In this document: piece by piece, positions 27,983 to 40,900 of the stretch
Layout of the letters: each line of letters begins with the position of its first letter
How positions within the stretch are numbered: position 1 is the stretch's first letter
Assembly: GCA_951406725.2 (NCBI GenBank)
Contig: OX597814.1
Span: forward strand, 111,290,001 to 111,354,000
Direction: 5' to 3'
From: Octopus vulgaris
Taxonomy: Eukaryota
Length of the DNA stretch: 64,000 nt
Notes under the pieces: generated by a model
What the model was told of the DNA's origin: nothing
What the model saw: the letters and a program-made list of their open reading frames with translations, nothing else
Database searches by the model: none
Position numbers and translations under genes: made by a program

Positions 27983-30900
27983 CTATAATACTGTTTTTCT
28001 CAGTCACAACATACGAATGAGAAAGGAAGGGGTGATAGATGAATAAGGAAGGAAGGGATGATGGCAAACTGGTAGTGGGAGCATTTCAACTCTGTGTGAG
28101 TATATGTGTGTGTGTGAATGTTTGCACCAGCATTCTTTCAGTAACAAACGATGAACGCTGTCACATCTCAAAAGACAACCACTAGATAACATTGACAAGT
28201 GTATGAATTCAATTTCCTATTCATATTTATGTATAAAATTACTACAGTTAGCCGTCATTTTTGGTGGCATGGGGCCAGCTAGTATATATATATATATTGG
28301 GGTACCAAAATGTAATATCATATTTCAAGCAAATAGTCTGAAGTTACAAATAAACTAATCAGTTTAAAGGTCAGTTTGAAAACTGACCTTATTTAACTGA
28401 AATTTAATTTTTGAATTTGTTAACCCATATCTTATTTTAATTTGTTTAATTTTTAGATAATCCATGGATGACCAGGACTCCAAAGAATATTAGATTCACC
28501 ATTAAATGCTTTATGAATTTCACATACAACATTGCCACATGTGTATTGAACAAAACATATGCACTGTAATTCTAGATAGAGTGAAGAGTATTAAAATATC
28601 AGAGGTGGTTTAACAAGGTTAGAAATAGTGATGTTAATCTCTCTGATAAGCATTGACCTAGAAAATCAACTGTCTTTGATAATTGACATAGCGAAAGCAG
28701 CAACTGATGAAGGTTGATGCCAAAATATCCAGAAACTTAAACCGTAGACCACTGTTCAAGATCTTAAAAAATTGCAAGAGGCTATAGAGAAAAAAGTTGG
28801 ATACGACATGAATGATAGCTCAAGAATAAAGATTTGTGTTAAATAATATAAAACACTTTGATAAGAAAAGCAAACTAAGAAAAAAAAAACTATTTTTTTA
28901 AAATGAACTGTAACCAGAGACAGAAAGTGAATTGTCATTGTCAATGACAGATGCACGTAACAGTGGCTGTCATCAAATGAAACACTGGTCCCAACATCCA
29001 AACCGGAGTTGCAGCAAAGAAAGGCTTTGCTGTGAAATGAGACGATTACAACACATTGTTCACCGAGTTACTAGTAACAGTAGAAAATGCAGGACAGCAT
29101 AACTTCATTGCTAAGAGCTTGTATGTGTAAATCAGGCTCTGTGCAGCAAATATCTAAGTTCTGATCACTGGAAAGAGAGTCATTCTGCATCTCTCTCTCT
29201 CTCCCCTCACACACACACACATGCATGCAATTGTTTTCTTTCAGTTTCCATCTATCAAATCCACTCACATTTTGGTTGACTTGGAGATCTAATTAATTAT
29301 TATCCTCTACAAGGTACAACACAGTGAGACTCAACCCAGAACCATGTGGTTGCAGAGTGAACTTCTTAACCACATAGCTATACTTATGCCTGTATATATG
29401 TAGATGCACACAAAATGCAAGACTGTGTATATGGAGTTTATCTTGTAAGCATGTGGTCCTGAGTTCTATCTCACTATACGGCACCTTAGGTGCCTTCTAA
29501 TGTGGCCTTGGGTCAACCAAAGCCTTGTCAGTCGCAATAGTAGATGAAAACTGTATAGGATCCTATCAAATTCATATATGCACATGTTAATGTTTACATT
29601 CTGTCTTTGCATGAATGCCTTGGACTAAAAACGTGCTGATGTGGGTGTGTTCAATCACCTGTTTTACATTGTTTTGTTCATGCTAGCATGGGTTGGATGA
29701 ATACATATTGTTGAGGTATTGTTTTACAGCTGGATGCTCTTCCTGTCACAAAACCACACCCATTTTTCAAGTAAGGTTTTTTTTTTATTTCATGCATCTG
29801 AGAAAGTGCAGATCCAAGTTGTTGATAGGGAATGTCAACAGATGTCATGGTTTTTGCTCAATGCTACTCAATGTAATAATAACCATCTTGTTCTGAAATT
29901 GCATACTCAGGATCTTCACTGCCTTCATGTATACAGACAGATTTCCTAGGAAGTGGAGACTAACAAAATAGGAAGCAACTCAAATTGATGGACGTCTCTA
30001 TGTATGAGAAACAATCACATACACTTTCATTCCAGGTTTAGAAAATAAAAAGTCTACCTGGCCACCACTGAAGCTCCTCCACTTTCAGTCAAATCCAAAA
30101 CTTTAAGGGCTACTACCATTAATATTGCCACGAAGAGGAGTAGGACAGGAGATGTAGTGTGAAGACGAGTGAATGAATGTTGCACACAAGAGGTAAGATA
30201 GAGGAATGTCTCTGTTCAATACTTCATGGGTGAAAACAAAGGTATAAATTCTGGATGATTGCTAATGATGGTGTGGGTGGTATTGATGTAACATTTACAG
30301 AGGAATGGATAAAGTAACTGAGTGTTTGCTATCAGTATATAAAGGTAGGAGTCATCCCTCCTCTTACCTCTATGTACTGTGAACAAACTCCCTATCCCTC
30401 AGGTCACTCTAGCCTCCACCGTCTTTCCTTTGGTTATTTTTTCATGATATCCAGCACAATCTTACCATCCACCACACTCATTCTCTCTCCCTTCTTCACC
30501 AACAAACAAACAAAACAGTACACGCTGTAAAGTAGCTGGTGCCATGAAGATTATTCAGCCATAGAAAACATACTACAAAATGGAATGCAAGTGAGACATA
30601 TAAGAGGGTAGGAACTCCAAATATAAACTGACTCAAACCATGACAACCCATCTAACTCATGCTAACAGAGAAAGCAGATGTAAAATGGCAATAATAATTA
30701 TGTTTTATATACACTCCAATTCACTAATGCACATGATTCTTCTATACTAGAATTTCTTCAGGTGAATGTTAAGTAACAACTTATTTTATATAGTGATACT
30801 GAAATAAAATTTAAACAATTTTCTGTGTTACTTAAATTTACCTGTAATTAGAGTAATTTCGAGACAAATATCTCAGATTTATGAACTTCTTGTGGTTTTC

Positions 30901-33900
30901 CACTTTGGTGTATGAATTAACAAACCAGTTCTGGTGGCTCCAGAAAACCAGTTTAACCCTGTAGCATTCAGATTCTTCTGTCAAATGTATTTTATTTATT
31001 TTCATTGTTTTGAATTAATCATGTATTATCTCATAGCTTCAAAATTTCCATGAAGTGATTGTTTAGTTTTAGAATGGCATTGTATGTTAGGCGCAAGAGG
31101 ATGGATCCAGTCAGTTTGAACATAAAACAAGTTGAATATTTTGGCTGGATTATGACCAGTTTAAATGCTACAGGGTTAAATTAATGGATAGGTTAAATTC
31201 CAAATGGATTTAGAAAACTTTCAATATCAACAGAGAAAATTACAGAATAAGAGAGTTAATTCAGTAATTAAATAGAAATCATAATTAAAGATGCGAGTAA
31301 AAACAAAGAAATTCCATGTTTAAACTATAAAACTAACCATAGGAACAGATAAAGTGCTGGCAGAATTTCCTTGTAACACATAACTACAACTCATCATTAA
31401 ATAGTCCTTGAATCCCTGGGGAGCTTTTGGATGAACAACTGTTAAGTTTTTCCGTCGATCTTCGACCTGTCAGGAAATAATATTTATAGTAACATTATCG
31501 GGTCAAAACCACAAATCGTACAGAAATCAGAAATTCAATAAACGACCAACATTACCACATAACACTCACTTTCCATACCATTCGATGAAACCAAAGAAAA
31601 AAAGTCCAACAAAAAAAAAAAAAAAAGATGGTATATTCACCTGGTGTTAAATGCATATATTACAGAGATTAAAAAAAAAATCAAAACAAAAAACAAAAAA
31701 ATATCAAGAGATGATACTATGAGTGACAGACTGCATATAATAAAACATATGTAAATGTCTAATACAAGACATTTTCAAATGGTTGATTAAAGAAATCTGG
31801 ATGGAATATTTTTGCACAAAAACTAATCACCCTTCAGCAATTCAGCAACAGCATATCAAATTTCCTAAATCAATGAAACAGAACACAATTTATTTGAATG
31901 GGATCAATTGGGAATTATCAAACATTATTACAATACATCACATTATAGAGCAAACTTAATGTGCTTGCTTATATCATTATTTAGATGAAATATTATACAT
32001 TATTATATAATATATACATAGGTGCCAGTTGATTATGTTTACTTAGCAATCGTCAAACCATTTAATTTTTAGTTCAGAAAAGAGTAAAATACTAGATCTT
32101 AGTAGAATACATTATTCTCTGTACATTTAGAAAAAAAAAGGTAAAAACTAGGAAGATACAGCTTAATTTCTAACAAACAAAATAGTATTTACAATAATCT
32201 GTGCTAAAAACTGCCACTAATAACAGCTATCATAGTGTGTTGGAGTGCTGTGACTGGATGTAGGTTTTCAAGAATTGGTAGAGACGTTATTTTCTTGATA
32301 AGATGACATTTATTGTTACTTGAACAACAAACATTCAAATGTGTACATCTTACAAAATCTATTCACACTTGGTTGAACCAAGCTAGCGGAGGTTTAAACC
32401 TTTATAAGAATGCAATCATTAAACTGCTCCTATTTGCATAAAATTCATGCTTTTTAATAAGTTATATATTTTTAATAATTTGTTGTTCTTATTTCTTAGC
32501 ACTTGTGCCCATGCTAAGTAGGGTGCCAAGAGCACCAGCTGAGCATGATCGTTTCCAGAGCAGCCAACTGGCTTCCATGCCGGTGGCACGTAAAAGGGCA
32601 CTATTTGAGCGTGATCGTTACCAACGTCGCCTTTCTGGCACCTGTGCCGGTGGCATGTGTAAAAAGATTCGAATGAGGTCATTGCCAGTACCGCCTGACT
32701 GGCCCCGTGCCGGTGGCACGTTAAAAGCACCCACTACACTCCCGGAGTGGTTGGCATTAGGAAGGGCATCCAGCTGTAAAAACTCTGCCAGATCAAGATT
32801 GGAGCATGGTGTTGCCATCTGGTTCACCAGCCCTCAGTCAAAATCGTCCAACTCATGCTAGCATAGAAAGCGGACGTTAAACGATGATGATTGCAGTTAG
32901 TTATTAATTTCTTTTCTTACTTCAATCAAAGAGGGAAAGCAGTCCTTATGACTTTTAACAGGGCCTAAATCAGAAGGGAGGGAGAAAGGCAACCTCAAAC
33001 CAGTGACCTTGCAAAAGAGTGGGCTGCACCAAAGATAAGCACATGTGCCAAGTAATGGTGTGTTAAAGTAGGTGATGGATTAAGTCTAGCACTCAAATTA
33101 ATTTTGATTAAGTCTAATATAATTATTTTCAACTTGTTTCTATTTATAAACAAACAGTTGAGATACAAAAATTGGTTTTAAATTATTATAAATACCAACG
33201 AAAGTTGTGCTCTAAATTTCCATTATCATATAGTTTTTGTACCTTATTCTCTGTTAATTTTTCTTTAAATGACGACAGGTAACCCTCACCACAGACACAA
33301 ACATTATGCAAGCATTGCATTTCAGAAAATCTACCATGATACAGAATTCCACACTCATTCTCACTGCCTTTCCGCATTTATTGAATCCCATATAATAGAG
33401 AAATCATTGGAAATATAGATAACATCAGTGAATGTACAGCGAAGTGCCTATTGCTCAAGGGGGAAGTTGTGGGAGATGGAGACCCTGAAAGACATGGGTG
33501 AAGTATTGAAGGCTCATCTCTAAATGCTGGACAAAGGACCAAAATATGTGGCATATTTCTGTACTCAAAAAGACCAACCCACCACAACAACAGAATTGAT
33601 ATCCTAAGACCAAAGCACTGGGGATGGTGCCATGTAAAAAGCACTGATGATGGTGCCATGTAAAAAGCACTGATGATGGTAATGGTGCTGTGTAAAAAGC
33701 ACTGATGATGGTAATGGTGCTGTGTAAAAAGCACTGATGATGGTAATGGTGCTGTGTAAAAAGCACTGATGATGGTGCCGTGTAAAAAGCACTGATGATG
33801 GTGCCGTGTAAAAAGCAATGATGATGATGATGGTGCCATGTGAAAAGCACTGAACTGATGATGGTGCCATGTAAAAAGCACTGATGATGGTGCTGCATAA

Positions 33901-36435
33901 AAAGCACTGATGATGGTGCCATGTAAAAAGCAATGATGATGGTGATGGTGCCATGTAAAAAGCACTGATGATGGTGCCATGTAAAAAGCAATGATGATGG
34001 TGATGGTGCCATGTAAAAAGCACTGATGATGGTGATGGCGCCATGTAAAAAGCACTGATGATGGTGCCATGTAAAAAGCACTGATGATGGTGATGGTGCC
34101 ATGTAAAAAGCAATGATGATGGTAATGGTGCCATGTAAAAAGCAATGATGATGGCAATGGTGCCATGTAAAAAGCACTGATGATGGTGATGGTGCCATGT
34201 AAAAAGCACCGATGATGGTGCCGTGTAAAAAGCACTGATGATGGTGCCATGTAAAAAGCACTGATGATGGTGCCATGTAAAAAGCACTGATGACGGTGCC
34301 ATTTAAAAAGCACTGGTGCTGGTGTCGCATAAAATGCACTGGTGATGGTACCATGTAAAATGCACTAGTGATGGTGCGATGTAAAAAGCACCCAGTACAC
34401 TCTGTAAAGTGGTTGGCATTAGGAAAGGCAGTAGAAACCAGCTGTAGAAATCATACCAAAAACAAACTAAGGAACCCAGAGTGGGCCCTGGTCATGCCAG
34501 TTCCTGTCAAGCTGTCCAATCCATGACAGCATGGAAAATGGACATTAAATAATGAAGATGATGAAATCCACACTGCAACATTTTCAGGAACGGCCACACT
34601 CCCATAATATGTGGAAGGTGAGGTGGGGTGGGGTGACACCTGTAAAGTCACAACTGAATACATAGCAAAGAAGAGAAAAAAACCCTAACAATATTATTTA
34701 TGTCGCTGGCCTAAGTTCTGATCACTACTGTCATCTAATTAAAACTGTTAAAAACATGGTTTGGTATTGGTAGCATGGTGTTTATGTAGCAGCAGGCAGT
34801 TGGATAATATATAAGGACCAAATATAGTAGTAGTAGTAGCACTTGATGAATAGAAAATATGTTAGAGAAAGTAAAAAAAATAATGAAAATTGTTATCACC
34901 TTTTTTCTTACCTGTTTCCTTATAGAAAGATAGGTTTTGTATGGATTTGGAGGCTTTTCAAGAATGATCGGGTGAGAAGTAGTTGCCTCTGAAATTTGGG
35001 TTTGGTCACCTTTTGGCCGTAACTTTCTTTTCCTTGGATGGATATTAAGGTCTTCAGATTCTTCTCCAGCTGATGATACAGCACTAGTTGTAGAAGATGT
35101 AAGTGTTGGAGGAAATTTTTGCCCTTTTAAACTAAGTGTGTCATTTATTTGTGGTTGAGTATCTAATCCACCTGAAAATATTTTAATAATAATAATAATT
35201 AGAAGAATTATAATAATAAATAACAACAATTATGATAATTATTTCAAATCTTTGCCACAAGGGCAGCATGGTGGGGAAGAGCCAATTATATCAACCCCAG
35301 TTTTTAACTGTTATTTTATCAACCCTGAAAAGATGAAAGGCAAAGTCAACATCAGTGGAATTTGAAATCAGAACATAGGGACGGGTGAAATACCTATTTC
35401 TTTACTATCCACAAAGGGCTACACACAGAGGGGACAAACAAAGACAGACACACGGATTAAGTCGATTACATCGACCCCAGTGTGTAACTGGTACTTATTT
35501 AATCAACCCAGAAAGGATGAAAGGCAAAGTCGACCTTGGCGGAATTTGAATTCAGAATGTAGCGGCAGACAAAATACCGTTAAGCATTTCATCCAGCATG
35601 CTAACGATTCTGCCAGCTCACTGCCTTAACAATTAAAATAATAATTAGTTTCAAATTTGGATACAAGACCGGTAATTTCAAGGGAGGAAACTAGTCGATT
35701 ACATTGACCACAGTGCGTAACTGGTACTTAATTTATCGACCCTGAAAGGATGAAAGGTAAAGTCAACACCAGTGGAACTTGAACTCACTCAGCATTTTGC
35801 CTGGCATGCTAATGATTCTACCAGCTCACCACCTTAATTATAATAATAATAATAGTAATAGTAGTAGTTACCAAGAAGACCAGATATGATTATAGAGAAC
35901 AAAAGAAACAAAGTGTAAGATCATACACTTTGCAATAGCATAATAGAGAGGATAGTGAAAAAACTGAGAAATATCAGGACTTAGTCAGAGAGGTGAAGAA
36001 ATTGTGTAAGACTGAGACAATTATTCCTATGGTGATAGGTACACTTGGCCCAACACCCAGACTGCTACATAAAAGGTTGAAGGATATTGGAGTTGAGACC
36101 CATATTGTCAACCTGCAGCGACCCTAAGAAAGATTCTTGAGACCAGAGGAGACTTGTCACCAAATCTCAAGACAACAGCTCTGCTAACTACCAGAGCATG
36201 TAATAGTTATAATGATGATAATCTTTCCTACTAGTGACTCAAGGTTTGAAGTTTGGTGGGGAAGGAGCTTTGTCGATTACATTGAGTCCAGTGATCAACT
36301 GGGACTTATTATATTCACTCCAGAAGGATGAAAGACAAAGTTGAGCTAGGAGGAATTTGAACTCAGAAAGTAAGGTCAGAAGAAATATCACTGAGTATTT
36401 GTTAGTGTGCTAACAATTCTGCCAGCTACAAGCCT

Positions 36436-36467
<32 letters not shown>

Positions 36468-37935
36468 ATAATAATAATTCTTTCTACTATAGACACAAGG
36501 CCTGAAATTTGGGGAAGGGGGAGGTCGATTTCATTGACCTCAGTGCGTAACTGGTACGTATTTAATTGACCCCGAAAAGATGAAAGGCAAAGTCAACCTC
36601 GGTGGAATTTGAACTCAGAAGATAGCAGCAGATGAAATCTGCTAAGCATTTCGCTTGGCGTGTTAACGATTCTGCCAACTCGCTGCCTTAATAATAAAAA
36701 TAATTACTTTTTACTTGCATATACGCCACTTGAGAGCTTTTGAATATACTGTTATTAAATGGAAATTATTTAAAAAAAATTCTTAATCACCATCATCACC
36801 ATTTAACATCTGCTTTCCTTGGTGGCATGGGTTGGATGGTTTGACAGAAAACTGGTAAGCTGGGGAGCTGTACCAGGTCCCAAACTGATTCAGCAAGGTT
36901 TCTATGGCTGGATGCCCTTCATAACGCCAACCACTCCAAGAGTTTAAATTGCAAGAGAAGACAGAACAGATGGTAGTGACAAAGAAAATCCCAAAATACA
37001 TGCTGAAAGTGAACAATCAAATCATTAAGCAGCTATCATCCTTTAACTACCTTGGAACTTTGATCACAGGAGACGCAAGATATGTGAAGGAGATCAAAAG
37101 ATGACTAGTGCTGGCAAAATTTACATATGCAAAACTGTATAACACCTGAGAAACAATACACTGGGCATCAATACCAAGATCCATATATTGAACTGTTGTG
37201 TTAAAGTACAGAAGTGAGGAAATGGTCGAGAACATCAGAAGTGAGAAGCTGCTTGGAGAACTGTGAAATGTGGTTCTTAAAGAGAATATTGAGGATAGCA
37301 CAGTCAAAGTGTCTAATGAAGTGATGACCTGGGCTGTGGTAAATAAAAAAACTATATTGTGAGGTAAGGGCCAAGCAACTGAGATTTCTTGGTCATGTGA
37401 TGAGAAAAGGGGGCCTGGAGAATTTAGTGATGACCAGAAAGATTGAAAGGAAAAGAGGCGAAGGAAAGAGAAGGATGATATGGATGTTAAGTTTAATGAG
37501 CTGGTTGGAAAAAAGAGGCATTAAACATCAGGAAATGGAACTGTTATACAAAACAAAGAACAGAATTGTGGCAGGATATGATTATCTATGTCCTACATTC
37601 TGGACATGGTACTGAAAGACAGAGAGATCTTAAAAGCATTGTGCTAACTATTTACCATTTCAAAGTGACATCATAGATCCTTTGTAATGGTGCACTGCAT
37701 TTACAGATCACAGTAATAATTTTCTTTTTACTTGTTTCAGTCACTTGACTGTGGCCATGCTGGAGCACCGCCTTTAGCCGAACAAGTCAACCCCAGGACT
37801 TATTCTTTGTAAGTCTAGCACTTATACTATCAGTCTGCTTTGCCGAACTGCTAAGTTACGAAGACGTAAACACACCAACATCAGTTGTTAAATGATGTCA
37901 GGGGGACAAACACACACGTGAGTGTGTGTGTGTGA

Positions 37936-37967
<32 letters not shown>

Positions 37968-40900
37968 GACGGGCTCCTTTCAGTTTCCGTCTACCAAATC
38001 CACTTACAAGGTAGTAGAAGACACTCGCCCAAGGTGTTACGCAGTGGGACTGAACTCGGAACTATGTGGTTGGGAAGCCAACAGCCACTTACCACACAGC
38101 CACACCTACACCTATGTCTGTATTTATGTAATAAAACTGTTCAAATTACAAGTTCTTACTTTACAAGTAACACTGATTTAAAACCAAGATGACAATTATC
38201 TTTCAAGTTCATTTTTCGTTATTCTTTTACTAAATATATTATGAAGAGACACTAACTGCAGGAGAAACTATAATTAACTTAATGTGAACATATTTGCTAC
38301 AATGAGCAGTAAAAAGGTATTTAGAAATAATCATGAGGTGAGGCAAAGATGGTACTTATTGTCAATGACTTATCATTATTCAGGCAAGTAAGGGAGACAA
38401 TTCTGGACAGGTTTTGTACCTTAATTGTCTTTCCTTCACTATTTAATTTCTAATTAGGTTTTGAATGGACAGTGTGTCATATATATAGCAGTAACTTCAT
38501 TTGCTATCAACCTTCAGTAAATTCACTCAATTTCCAAGCTAATTCATATATGAAAAGGCACATGGCCTGGTGGTTGAAGTATTATACTCATAATAGCAAG
38601 AGTATGGTTTCAATTCCTGGACTGGACAGTAGGTTGTGTTCTAGAGCAAAACATTTCATTTCACATAGATCCAGTCTACTCAGCTGTAAATGTTTACCAA
38701 CTAAGGAAATTAATCCTGTGGCAAACAAGCATCTCAGTTGTTTATACACTATGGAAATCTGGTTAAGCCCCAGCTTTATGAGCCCCAAGGATTATGACAC
38801 ACCTAAGTCTTCATGAATGGTATTGTACAACTACCGTGTGATTCTCACACCACTGCTTCAGCAAATATAATGAACTCTATCCCATGATTAATAAGATCCA
38901 AACTAAGAGAGATACAGCCAGAGTTATCTCCTGTACTTGCAGCAAGACTAATTAAAACATTGTTCGTGATTGACTAATAATAATTAATAGAAGCAGTACA
39001 CAGCATTTTTGGAATAACTAGAAATGTAAGCACATTTTTCAACCTTGCTGTGAGAAGCAGATACTGGAGCAGTTAAATCAAACCACATTTTTCTCTTAGT
39101 GATCAGTCTGCCTAGTTTCAGTGGTTTTTGCCACCTCATCAGAGGCTGCTTACTCATTTTCTTAACCATGGACAATAGCAACAGCTTATAGCTATTTATA
39201 GTATATACAAGCTTAGATAAAACTAAACTGGCCTGCCCTAATTTGATATCAGTGCAACTGTTGACAACATTAATTAATAGAAGGACTCTTAGTGCTTTTA
39301 GATAATTACAGATATAAACTCTTTATGTATATCTTTAGTAAACACATTACTAATCTTATTATTATTCCATGCTTTTCCAATGCAAGCTAGCAGGGCGCAC
39401 TCTGAGCATATTAAGTTTTCACAGTGAATGTACTGGTTGCCTCAGACTCTTAGCAAAGAGTACCTTTCCTAAAACCATGTGGGCTGAAACAACCAGGTGA
39501 CATGCTCCCATGAAAAACTGCGGAAAACATATATTTAAACCACATATTTTTTTCTCTCTCTGTGATCATATAAGTAAAGACTGACCTGATTAACCCTTTA
39601 GTGTTTGCATTATTCTGCCAAAATTAATGCTTTTTCATCCATATTGCCTTGAATTAACCATGCATTATCTTGTAGCTATGAGATTTTGATGAGGTGGCTT
39701 AATTTTTAAAACAATATTGTAGGGTTGGTGTGAGAGACCAGATCTGGCCAGTTTGAACATAAAACAGGCAGAATACTTTTGGCTGGATATGGCCGGTTTA
39801 AATGCTAAAGGGTTAATTGTAGCATATTTACTACTCTAACAGGTATCAGCTGCTCATTTTCCTCACCACACAGGGGCTAGGCATTTATAGCTATTTATAG
39901 CAGGCACAAACTGAGCCAGAACAAAACTGTCCTAATTTACATAATATTTGCCAATAAGTTAATCTTTCATCTCTATTGACTAATATTTTCATCATTCCAC
40001 AATTCATCTCTAATTAGCACTTTAATAATTAGGAGTTTGATTAAATATATTGACACTTGACTTTTCTGAACTAATGACTAGAGCATTTTGCAAATTCAGA
40101 TACATTGAATAGTTAAAGAATATATTTTCATAGTTACTTTTCCCTTTTTGACTACAAACTAGCATCATTTGTTGTCAACCAGGCTGTAATTAGTGCCATG
40201 TTTCATGGCTAAATGACTGAAGTGCTACCATTTGGTTAGTAGTACAACTACTATTTCTTATTAAAAACAAAATATCTGCCATGGAATTTTCATGAGGAAA
40301 GAGTTTCTAGGAATAACAGTGTTTACAAAATGGACTGATAAAACTGAAATTCTTAAAAAAATTGTGGAGACCTAAAATGTTTTCAATGTAGAATTGAAAG
40401 CCATGCGCCAGTTCTCTCCTATTTTCCTTGAGTTCAGTTAAAGTATTCTGCTGTTTATACAACAGAAATATGTTGTATAAAAAGATAAACTGGAAGGGTG
40501 AACCTTGTTTGAAAGGTGGCAATCTGATTTTGAAACTTTCCTTTCTCATATTTGAATCGTCATCATTTAATGCCTGTCTTTTATGCTGACATGAGTTGGA
40601 CAGTTTGACAGAGCCCTTGGACAGTGTCAAGCACCCATGTCGGCACTTTCTATGGCTGGATGCCACTTTAAAGTACTGGGCACATTTCTAGACACCAGCA
40701 CACTAGTGAAGTCACCAAATAATTTACAAGAAGAAAAAAATCCTCCTTGATAGAGGGGTGGTGGTGGTTGAAAGAGGGGTAAATGGCTTTATACCCTTTA
40801 TGCCTGATGTTGAAAGGTTACTGTATGATAGAGGGACAATCATAACTCTTTTGCAGAGGAGATACACGATCACCCTGAATTATATAAGGATGTATGGGAG

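Noticed and set aside
33378-34354. His-rich ORFs of 232-311 aa in three minus-strand frames
   Set aside because: By-product of a stop-free minisatellite; all frames give the same permuted peptides, and exons 34912 and 31466 join in frame without it.
33621-34392. CRISPR-like array of palindromic repeats
   Set aside because: No unique spacers, only (gat)n linkers; eukaryotic intron; no cas genes; the unit derives from a retroelement.
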